Assembly: GCA_964484005.1 (NCBI GenBank)
Contig: CAZADR010000001.1
Span: 43,927 to 107,926 of the forward strand
Origin: an uncultured Candidatus Saccharibacteria bacterium
Lineage (GTDB): Bacteria > Patescibacteriota > Minisyncoccia > Phycocordibacterales > UBA9973
DNA: 64,000 nucleotides
Direction of reading: 5' to 3'
The notes below the pieces were generated by a model that was given only the letters and a program-made list of their open reading frames with translations, made no database searches and had not been told where the DNA came from. Each line of letters begins with the position of its first letter. Position 1 is the stretch's first letter. This document shows positions 10,102-17,829 of the stretch, piece by piece. Made by a program: the position numbers and the translations under genes.

Positions 10102-11376
10102 ATGCACTTCAAAATAGAAAAAAAATTAAAGAATAGCTTGGGTCGTGTTGGAGTGCTCACTACTCCTCATGGGGAAATTCATACTCCAGCTTTTGTGGCG
10201 GTGGGCACCAAGGCCACAGTAAAATCTTTGAACCCTGAGCAGGTAAAAGACGCGGGCACAGAAGTGGTGCTCGGAAATACTTATCATTTATATTTACAAC
10301 CTGGAGATGAGATAGTGCGAGACGCAGGGGGAATAGGTAAATTTATGAATTGGAAAGGTCCGACGATGACAGACTCTGGCGGTTTTCAGGTTTTCTCTCT
10401 CGGTGCGGCTTATGGAAAAGATATTTCAAAAGTCACAAAAATTACTGATCCTTCCCTCATGATTCCAGAGAGGTTTGATGACAGTGACGCTCCGAGATTG
10501 GCAAAGATAGGGCAAGACGGGGTTTCTTTTAAATCTCATCTTGATGGTTCTATACATTACATTACTCCAGAGAAATCAATTCAGATACAGCACAACCTCG
10601 GAGCAGATATAATCTTTGCTTTTGATGAATGCACTAGCCCAGCAGAAGACTTGCGGTATCAAGAAGAAGCCCTTGAGCGTACACATCGTTGGGCAGAGAG
10701 AAGTTTAGAAGAACACAAGAAACTAGCGCAGGCGAATGCTCTACGTCGTTCGCACTCTATCCTGAACACGCAAGAGCTTTTTGGTAGCAGCGAAGACTCC
10801 TACGAGCATTCGCCTGCGCTTTTTGGCATCGTGCAGGGAGGTAGGGAAGAGTCACTACGAAAAGAATCAGCAAATTTTTTGAAAAATTTGGATTTTGATG
10901 GTTTTGGCATTGGTGGAAGTTTTGCCAAAGAAGATATGTCCACAGCAGTAAAGTGGGTAAATGAAATTTTGCCAGAAGAAAAACCTCGGCACTTGCTCGG
11001 TATTGGTGAGCCCGAAGATTTGTTTATGGGCATAGAAAATGGTGTTGATTTATTTGATTGTGTTTTACCTACACGGCTCGGGAGAAACGGTACTCTCTAT
11101 ACCAAGAATGGAAAAATAATAATCATGAATACAAAATTCAGAACAGATTATTCTCCAATAGAAAAAGATTGTGAATGTTATACTTGTAAAAATTATACTC
11201 GTAGCTATGTGGCGCATCTTTTTCACGGCAAAGAAATGCTCGCAGGTACACTGTCTTCAATACATAACCTATATTTTATTGTTAATTTGGTAAAAAAAAT
11301 CAGACAGTCAATTTTAGACGACAATTTTTTCGAGTTTAAAGAAGAGTTTCTGAAGGGGTATTTATTAAAAAAATAA
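10102..11376 (+). CDS. tgt: Queuine tRNA-ribosyltransferase
   Basis: TPHGEIHTPAFVAVGTKA and VLGNTYHLYLQPG motifs. The zinc site CECYTCKNYTRSYVAHL is present. Confidence 0.9.
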   Translation: MHFKIEKKLKNSLGRVGVLTTPHGEIHTPAFVAVGTKATVKSLNPEQVKDAGTEVVLGNTYHLYLQPGDEIVRDAGGIGKFMNWKGPTMTDSGGFQVFSLGAAYGKDISKVTKITDPSLMIPERFDDSDAPRLAKIGQDGVSFKSHLDGSIHYITPEKSIQIQHNLGADIIFAFDECTSPAEDLRYQEEALERTHRWAERSLEEHKKLAQANALRRSHSILNTQELFGSSEDSYEHSPALFGIVQGGREESLRKESANFLKNLDFDGFGIGGSFAKEDMSTAVKWVNEILPEEKPRHLLGIGEPEDLFMGIENGVDLFDCVLPTRLGRNGTLYTKNGKIIIMNTKFRTDYSPIEKDCECYTCKNYTRSYVAHLFHGKEMLAGTLSSIHNLYFIVNLVKKIRQSILDDNFFEFKEEFLKGYLLKK

Positions 11377-11382
11377 TTCTTT

Positions 11383-11631
11383 TTATTTTAATTTAGATTC
11401 TAACTCGTCAACTCTTACTTTTAGTTTATTATGATCTTCATATTTGACTCGAGTTACAACAAAATCATCTATTCTTTTATTTGTACCTTCGAGTTGGTTT
11501 TTAACACCTTTTATTTCTTCTTTAACTTCATTAATTCTTGTATCAATTTTTTCTTCTACCTTAGAAAAACTTCTATTTATTGATTCAAGTAATTCTTTGT
11601 TTGTTATTTCCTTTTCTTTTTTATTAGTCAT
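11383..11631 (-). CDS. Small coiled-coil hypothetical protein
   Basis: ORF only, with charged heptad-like sequence. Confidence 0.3.
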   Translation of the reverse strand: MTNKKEKEITNKELLESINRSFSKVEEKIDTRINEVKEEIKGVKNQLEGTNKRIDDFVVTRVKYEDHNKLKVRVDELESKLK

Positions 11632-11858
11632 TTTATTTATTTTCTTGATTTAATAATTTATGTTTCTTTAAAAAATCCAGAATCGGTTTTCCGCATTTTG
11701 AACAAAAATCTTTATCCGCAAAAAGACCCATGCCAGCCTTTACGGGATCGCCTTCTAATTTCTTTTTGCAAATATCACATTTCCTAACATTAATCCCTAA
11801 AGTATATCACACTCTAAAAGTCTAGTTATCCCCACTTTTTCTCTACATTTCCCTTTGC

Positions 11859-11867
11859 GGGGGGGGG
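11859..11867. repeat. G9 homopolymer tract in the promoter region of the giant surface-fibre gene
   Basis: Nine consecutive G in a roughly 33% GC genome. It lies between a TTGCGG -35-like hexamer (11855-11860) and a TAAAAT -10-like hexamer (11876-11881), 38 nt before the ATG at 11905. Confidence 0.9.
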
Positions 11868-11904
11868 TTATATGTTAAAATATATAGGTTAGCGAAATAT
11901 TAAT

Positions 11905-14900
11905 ATGCTCAAGAAACCATTTATAAAAAGATTACTTTTTTCAAGCTTTTTTGGTTTGTCGTTTTTCTTTGTGTTTTTCTTTTCTGCCGTTAATCCTGTT
12001 TCTGCTTTTGATTTTAATTTTGATCTAAACTCTACTACAATCAAAGCTTCCACTTTGTCTGCCAATTTATCAGAAAATGCTTGGGATTTTTATGTTGTTA
12101 ATGTGGTAGAGCCAACTAATAATGTTTTACAAGAAGTAATTAATTTTTTTCTAGATTCAAATACTTACCAAGTTGTTTTGCCAGAAACTCCACTCCAAAC
12201 AGTTACTTCTTTTTTAAACAATACTTATAACTCTTATAACAATTACATCTTAAGACCAGGCGTAGCAGCTATTGAAAAATCAAATGTAACTTTTACAAAA
12301 ATAACTGACAATATTACAGTACCCAAAATTAGTGTTCCCAAGGTGGGCATGGTAGCAAATGTATCAAGTATTATTGATGGTGTAAACAATTTCAGTAACA
12401 CTCTCTTTTCTCTCTACGACGAATATGTCATTGATCCTTTGGCACAATTGTGGGGAGGGATATTTTTTAATATTTCAAATAATTTAAACAAAGTACCGCC
12501 AACATCGGTAGTAAAAATAGAAACTCCTCCAGCCAAAACAGAGATAGAGCCTAAGCCTCTATCTGGGTCTCCAATAGTTTACCTAAACAATAATCCTTCA
12601 ACCAATCGAGGTCTACAGGGTCCTCAAGGAATACAAGGACCAATGGGGCCACAAGGACCCACTGGCGAGAGAGGTTCATCTGGGAGTGACGGTAATACGA
12701 TAGACACCTCTTCCTTCGTCTCTGAAACTGATTTTGATAATCAAGTAAATGCCCTCTTAAATTCTATTGAAAATGGTCTGTCAGGTTTGTCTGAATCTAT
12801 CTCTGAAGAAGTCAATACAGATTTACTGACAGTAGCAGGCAATGCCACTATCGGTGGAGATTTGATGGTCAATGGGCAAGGAATATTTACCCGAGTTCCC
12901 ACTCTGGCTCATGCCTTCGCTCCTTCATGGCCACTCGGTGTTTCTAATGTTGCCGATGCCACTCTCTACATTAATCCTGCTTCTTCAGTAGCAAGTGGCA
13001 ACTTGATTGGCGCTGCCATAAACGGCACAGTAAAATTCATCGTTGATGCTGACGGAAATGTTTATGCCAATAATATGATCCTAAATGGGAGCGTCACTAG
13101 TGGCGCGACGACTGTTTCCAGTTTGTCGGTGTTGGACAATACTATCCTAGGAGATGCTGGCGTAGATACGATTACGGTAAATGGCAGAATTAATTCTGAT
13201 TTAACCTTTACGACTGACAACACCAATGATATCGGAGCAAGCGGTGTTAACAGAGCTAGGACTGGATATTTTGGTACTTCCATAATTTCTCCTGTAGTCA
13301 ATGCCACCACCGGCGTGCAAATTGCAGGTGCCGCCACGACCGGCACAATCCTGCGTGGCAACGGTACAAATTATGTGCCTACCACCGCCACTTTTGCTGA
13401 TACATACACAGCCAGCAATTTGCTCTATTCCAACGGCGCGAATACTGTTGCCGGTTTAGCGACGGCTAATAGCGGAGTCTTGGTTACTAATTCAACCGGA
13501 GTGCCATCTATTTTAGGTTCTATGACCAACGGTCAATTAGTGGTCGGCTCAACCGGCGCGACTCCTGTTTTGGCAACAATTACCGGTACCACCGATCAAA
13601 TCGTCGTTACTAATGGCGCGGGCACAATTACTCTTTCTATTCCGCAAAGCATTAATACCACTTCTACTCCACAATTTGCCAGATTGGGGGTCGGAGTCGC
13701 GGCGGACGCTACCAATATTCTGACCGCCACCTCCGCTTCCGCCACCGACCTTTCTAAAACTTTAAATATAACTCACACCGGAGCAATTACTGGTACAGGT
13801 TATGCCGGATACTTTACAAAAACTGGAGTATCTACAACAAATGTCGGCCTTTATGCTACTGCAACGGGAGCTACAAATAATTATGCGGCGATATTTGAGA
13901 ACGGCAACGTCGGCATCGGGACGACGAATCCGGGGGCGAAGTTGTCAATCAACACTGATTATTGGAATAACGCATATTTTCCCGCTGGTACGGTTATCGG
14001 TGCATATTTAGGTGCAGCGTATGCAGGATTTTTTGCTAGTGGTGCGGGCGATACTTCTAGAATAACATTAGGAAATGGAGGAACTGGGTATCAGAGTTAT
14101 ATAGAAAATTTAGCGGGAGGAGCTGGTAGTCTTAGTATTGTCAATAACAATGGCCCTGTTTTGTTTAGTGGAACCGGCAACGTCGGCATCGGGACGACGG
14201 CACCAGTTCAAAAACTTGATATGGTGGTTGGGGCGGGAGATGGTACTCAAAATGAAGCTGTTGGTATCCGCTTACGAAATACTTCTGTTGTTGGTAATAC
14301 AAACACTTTACAAATAGGTCTTAATTCTACATTTAATGCTGGTGCAGCACAGCCAGGCTATGGTTACCTTCAATCAGTTTATTGGGGAGGAAGTGTCAAT
14401 GCCCTGATTTTGAATCCTCAAGGTGGTCCAGTTACAGTTGGAACTGCTACTGATTTTAATCCAGGAGGATTTTTAGTAAAGGGAATTACTTTAGTTTCTT
14501 CTCCTACTCGTGCTGGAAATACTTTAATGGGAGGACTAGGTTTTACACATGGAGCAGGATATACACCTATTTCCGCTTCCATTTATGGAATCTATGATAA
14601 ATCTGTATGGTCTCAAGGTGCGGGTTTAGTATTTAATACAGTTTCAGGGGCAGATATTTCAGGTTCATCTGGTGTCGAGAGAATGAGAATTAGCTCAGAC
14701 GGCAACGTCGGCATCGGGACGACGGGGCCAGGGTCTCATCTTCAGATTGACGGTAATATTTCAGCAGCATCTTGGACTACCGATGGTATAGCTTTTGATT
14801 CTAACGCCGCCACTTTCACAGACACCAGTACAGCCGGAGCAGGAACTGTAGCCGTAAGAACCGCTAACAGTTTCGGAGCACCAACTTTCGCATCTACAAA

Positions 14901-15906
14901 CGCAATCACAGTAACTGACGCCTTCACTTTATATGTTCCCAAACCAATCGCTGGAACAAACACCACTATTACCAGAGCCAACTCTGCTTACTTTGAGGGG
15001 AATGTCGGGATTGGTCAAGTAGCACCAGCTTACGCCCTAGACGTCCTAGCCACCGGTACCGGAGTCATTGCTAGATTCAATAGTACCAATGCTACCGGTT
15101 GTACATTAGCTGATGGAGGAACCATCACCTGTACTTCAGATGTCAGAATGAAGAAAAACATAGAAGATATTACTTATGGTCTAGAAACCATCAAAGGTTT
15201 AAGACCCGTCTTATTCAATTGGAAATATGAAGATGATACTACTTCAAAAAACCTCGGTTTCATCGCTCAAGAAGTGGAAGCCCTAGTACCCAAACTCATC
15301 GCTACTGACGAAAACGGCATGAAGTCTTTAAATACCACCGCTATGATTCCTATTTTAACCAAAGCCATACAAGAAATGAATCTAAATCTTGAAGGAGTTG
15401 CAGGTACGATTACTCCGCTCGAAGCCTCTCCTAATGAATCTTTTGTCACTACTTTTTTTGATAATTTATTTAGCAAAGTTACCGTTTGGCTCGCTGATGC
15501 GGGGAATGGAATTGGTAAGATATTTACAACCGAAGTGGAAACCAAAAATCTCTGCGTCTCGGATGATAGCGGAGAAAAAACATGTATTACAAAATCACAG
15601 CTCGATGCCTTACTTTTAAATGCAACCGTCAGCCCTGCACCTGTGCCAGTACCCGAACCAATACCGGACCCTGTTCCAACTCCAACTCCAACTCCAACTC
15701 CTGATCCAACACCATTACCAGATCCTGTACCTGTAGTACCTCCGACATGTACTCTGCCTCAAGTCTTAGATACAACCACGAATACTTGCGTAGATCCCGC
15801 GCCAGTAATTCCGACTTGCACCCTGCCTCAAATTTTAGAAAATAATGTTTGTGTAGATCCTGTACCAACTCCACCTGCTGACACCACACCGCCAGTAACG
15901 CCATAA
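11905..15906 (+). CDS. Giant secreted tail-fibre-like surface protein with a collagen-like Gly-X-Y segment, repeated GNVGIGTT beta-structure units, a C-terminal peptidase_S74 intramolecular-chaperone autoprocessing domain, and a Pro/Thr-rich Cys-containing tail
   Basis: Signal peptide present. GLQGPQGIQGPMGPQGPTGERGSSGSDG is collagen-like. NVGIGTT(N/A/G)P recurs four times. SDVRMKKNIEDITYGLETIKGLRPVLFNW...GFIAQEVEALVP matches the endosialidase/tail-spike chaperone domain (S74). The C-terminus is PAPVPVPEPIPDPVPTPTPTPTPDP plus a TCTLPQ(V/I)L...C(V)DP motif twice. Confidence 0.85.
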   Translation: MLKKPFIKRLLFSSFFGLSFFFVFFFSAVNPVSAFDFNFDLNSTTIKASTLSANLSENAWDFYVVNVVEPTNNVLQEVINFFLDSNTYQVVLPETPLQTVTSFLNNTYNSYNNYILRPGVAAIEKSNVTFTKITDNITVPKISVPKVGMVANVSSIIDGVNNFSNTLFSLYDEYVIDPLAQLWGGIFFNISNNLNKVPPTSVVKIETPPAKTEIEPKPLSGSPIVYLNNNPSTNRGLQGPQGIQGPMGPQGPTGERGSSGSDGNTIDTSSFVSETDFDNQVNALLNSIENGLSGLSESISEEVNTDLLTVAGNATIGGDLMVNGQGIFTRVPTLAHAFAPSWPLGVSNVADATLYINPASSVASGNLIGAAINGTVKFIVDADGNVYANNMILNGSVTSGATTVSSLSVLDNTILGDAGVDTITVNGRINSDLTFTTDNTNDIGASGVNRARTGYFGTSIISPVVNATTGVQIAGAATTGTILRGNGTNYVPTTATFADTYTASNLLYSNGANTVAGLATANSGVLVTNSTGVPSILGSMTNGQLVVGSTGATPVLATITGTTDQIVVTNGAGTITLSIPQSINTTSTPQFARLGVGVAADATNILTATSASATDLSKTLNITHTGAITGTGYAGYFTKTGVSTTNVGLYATATGATNNYAAIFENGNVGIGTTNPGAKLSINTDYWNNAYFPAGTVIGAYLGAAYAGFFASGAGDTSRITLGNGGTGYQSYIENLAGGAGSLSIVNNNGPVLFSGTGNVGIGTTAPVQKLDMVVGAGDGTQNEAVGIRLRNTSVVGNTNTLQIGLNSTFNAGAAQPGYGYLQSVYWGGSVNALILNPQGGPVTVGTATDFNPGGFLVKGITLVSSPTRAGNTLMGGLGFTHGAGYTPISASIYGIYDKSVWSQGAGLVFNTVSGADISGSSGVERMRISSDGNVGIGTTGPGSHLQIDGNISAASWTTDGIAFDSNAATFTDTSTAGAGTVAVRTANSFGAPTFASTNAITVTDAFTLYVPKPIAGTNTTITRANSAYFEGNVGIGQVAPAYALDVLATGTGVIARFNSTNATGCTLADGGTITCTSDVRMKKNIEDITYGLETIKGLRPVLFNWKYEDDTTSKNLGFIAQEVEALVPKLIATDENGMKSLNTTAMIPILTKAIQEMNLNLEGVAGTITPLEASPNESFVTTFFDNLFSKVTVWLADAGNGIGKIFTTEVETKNLCVSDDSGEKTCITKSQLDALLLNATVSPAPVPVPEPIPDPVPTPTPTPTPDPTPLPDPVPVVPPTCTLPQVLDTTTNTCVDPAPVIPTCTLPQILENNVCVDPVPTPPADTTPPVTP

Positions 15907-16020
15907 AAAACATATTTTTGTATCACGAATAGCAGGTTGAACGTCCAAAAACACGGAAAGTAATGATATTTTAACCCCCGTGGGTCGTGATATGGTGCAA
16001 AACTGTGGTATAATATAAAA

Positions 16021-16380
16021 ATGGAAAAAGATGACGAAGTTGAATTACCTACGATTAATTGGCTTCCTCCTGATACCCCTCTGCAACAAACGATCGGAGA
16101 AAGTCGCATAGCGGACGCTTGTCAATATTGTAACTCTAAAAATTTCGTCAAGCGGGGCACTCGCCAGAATCAATATCAAAGTGTCCAGCTTTATTTGTGC
16201 AAAAATGAAGAATGTGGTCGCACTTTTACCGCACAAGACGTGAAAGGCAAACATTTTCCGTTGAATGTGGTGATTGAGGCTATGAGTTATTATAATCTTG
16301 GATTTTCATTAGAAGAAACTTGTAGGATTATAAAAAAGAAATTCAACGTAGCTCCGGATGCTGCGACTCTTGGAAGCTGA
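16021..16380 (+). CDS. Zinc-ribbon plus HTH protein with IS1 InsA-like architecture
   Basis: CQYC-x16-LYLCKNEEC zinc ribbon followed by a helix-turn-helix (VIEAMSYYNLGFSLEETCRII). GC content is about 45% against about 30% in the flanks. It ends at a TGA that is in frame with the next ORF. Confidence 0.55.
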   Translation: MEKDDEVELPTINWLPPDTPLQQTIGESRIADACQYCNSKNFVKRGTRQNQYQSVQLYLCKNEECGRTFTAQDVKGKHFPLNVVIEAMSYYNLGFSLEETCRIIKKKFNVAPDAATLGS

Positions 16381-16416
16381 GTAGACGAATACAAAGAACT
16401 TTGTCGCTATGAACGT

Positions 16417-17283
16417 TTGCGTCCATATGCAATAAAAATGTGCCAGCCAAAAGATACGATTGAAGTCGTCTCTATGGCGCATCGGCAACTTTACCGTTTT
16501 CGTTATCATCGTCCGAAAACCGCCCTAATGTTGACGGAATTTAAAAATCGCAACCTTCGTCGTTTGCAAGAATATTTGAACGCGGTTTCGAGTGAGACAC
16601 CGCACCAATATTTTCAGGACGGTGAGCGCATGAGCGATGTGCGGAGTAAGTTTAGCACCGCAGATATGATTGTAAAATCAAAAAATAATTATGCGAATCG
16701 ATTGGCAAAATTCGTCTTGCAGACGGTTTCTGAAAATAAGGCTCGCCATGAGGCGCTCCAGCGGTTTTTTATTGCGAATGATTCCTGTACGGTGGCGACG
16801 GAAGTGCCGGTGTATATCAGGAGAGAAGATGTGGAACATATGGAAAACGTGCTGAAGTTTAAGGTTGTCGGAGAGAGTGGACTTGAGTTTAAAGGGAAAA
16901 AAGAGGGACAGCTGCCAAAAGGCAATTCAACATCGGCAGCTCTACGCAGCCTACCTCGGCTGCTAACTGGACACATTGATCTTGTGCAGATAAGGAATGG
17001 TCAAGTTCACATTATGGATTACAAGCCGAATGCGGCTAAAGAGCGCCCCATCGAACAGCTCACATGGTATGCGTTAGCGCTTTCACGCCTCACCGGTCTG
17101 CGGCTTTTTGAATTCACTTGCGCCTGGTTTGATGAAAAAGATTATTACCAATTTTTTCCGTTGCATGTGGTAAAAAAATTGCAAACTAAAGCAATAAAAC
17201 CACGGAAGCGTATAATAAACTTTAAAGATGGCACTAAAGTCGAGGTACCGAGGGAAAATCCGGGGAAAGTCATAATTGTTTAA
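16417..17283 (+). CDS. RecB/Cas4-like PD-(D/E)xK nuclease-domain protein
   Basis: The C-terminal half carries GHIDLV (D), MDYK (D-x-K) and QLTWYALAL (QxxxY), in the order typical of RecB-family nuclease domains. It shares a frame with 16021-16380, separated by a single TGA. GC is elevated. Confidence 0.5.
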   Translation: MRPYAIKMCQPKDTIEVVSMAHRQLYRFRYHRPKTALMLTEFKNRNLRRLQEYLNAVSSETPHQYFQDGERMSDVRSKFSTADMIVKSKNNYANRLAKFVLQTVSENKARHEALQRFFIANDSCTVATEVPVYIRREDVEHMENVLKFKVVGESGLEFKGKKEGQLPKGNSTSAALRSLPRLLTGHIDLVQIRNGQVHIMDYKPNAAKERPIEQLTWYALALSRLTGLRLFEFTCAWFDEKDYYQFFPLHVVKKLQTKAIKPRKRIINFKDGTKVEVPRENPGKVIIV

Positions 17284-17818
17284 TTTTATGGATAAAAAAT
17301 GGGATAAAACAAAAAATGAATATGTAGGAGGGTATAAACCATCGGGTAGTTTTGGTAGCGGGAGTTACAAAAAATCGTTTACGCCAAAACGTCCAGTCAA
17401 AACTTTTCGCGATTTGGATGTCTACCAAGGAACCGTGGAATGTTCAGTTTTGATTACAAAAAATATTGCCCCCGCTCTCATCAAGTTGAAATATGCTTAC
17501 GGAGAGCGCTTGAGTGATTGTGCACTCGCCGTTCCGCTTTTCATTGCCGAATCGCACTCGCTCCGTTTTGCAGATTTTGCGCTCGGTGTCGGTTATTTGG
17601 AAAAAGCAATGTCGGCATCGAATAAAATGGTCGTGTATTTGGAACATGCCAAAGGAATTTACGGCGCCAAACTCGACCAAAACCTGATTGAAGATATTAT
17701 CGGGAGGTATGTGAGCTGTCGCATAAAAATGTTTCATTTGGAAAAATCTTGGAAGCGTTTTCGGACAGAATACGGCGACGAGAAAAAGGAAAAAGGAGCA
17801 GGCGGATTTAAATACTAG
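17276..17818 (+). CDS. Four-helix-bundle protein (23S rRNA intervening-sequence protein / Avd-like family) with a G/S/K-rich N-terminal extension
   Basis: FRDLDVYQ...AESHSLRFADFALGVGYLEKAM...YLEHAKGIYG fits the TIGR02436 pattern (FRDL-V-WQ). Confidence 0.55.
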   Translation: MFNFMDKKWDKTKNEYVGGYKPSGSFGSGSYKKSFTPKRPVKTFRDLDVYQGTVECSVLITKNIAPALIKLKYAYGERLSDCALAVPLFIAESHSLRFADFALGVGYLEKAMSASNKMVVYLEHAKGIYGAKLDQNLIEDIIGRYVSCRIKMFHLEKSWKRFRTEYGDEKKEKGAGGFKY

Positions 17819-17829
17819 TTGATTTATTT

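Noticed and set aside
11633-11731. Mini-ORF on the minus strand encoding a CxxC...CxxC zinc-ribbon-like peptide (..CDICKKKLEGDPVKAGMGLFADKDFCSKCGKPILDF..)
   Set aside because: There is no ATG at the head of the Cys-containing frame; a stop lies just upstream. Only a 32-aa product from an internal Met is possible. It is too short and unsupported.
15650-15730. Short tandem nucleotide repeats, ccaactccaactccaactcc here and the PT repeats near 49440-49545, considered as CRISPR or VNTR
   Set aside because: They are in-frame codon repeats encoding Pro/Thr linkers inside ORFs, with no spacer-repeat architecture. No CRISPR array exists in the window.
11905-15906. Giant fibre protein as part of a prophage
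   Set aside because: No capsid, portal, terminase or tail genes flank it; the neighbours are tgt and the nuclease cassette. Interpreted as a cellular surface fibre with phage-derived domains, not an intact prophage.
16378-16380. Genome-wide TGA recoding (genetic code 25, TGA = Gly)
   Set aside because: Housekeeping genes end at TAA or TAG at the positions expected from homolog lengths. TGA also closes the conserved 17830-19305 nuclease at a sensible C-terminus. So the host most likely uses the standard code, and the single in-frame TGA is a local event.
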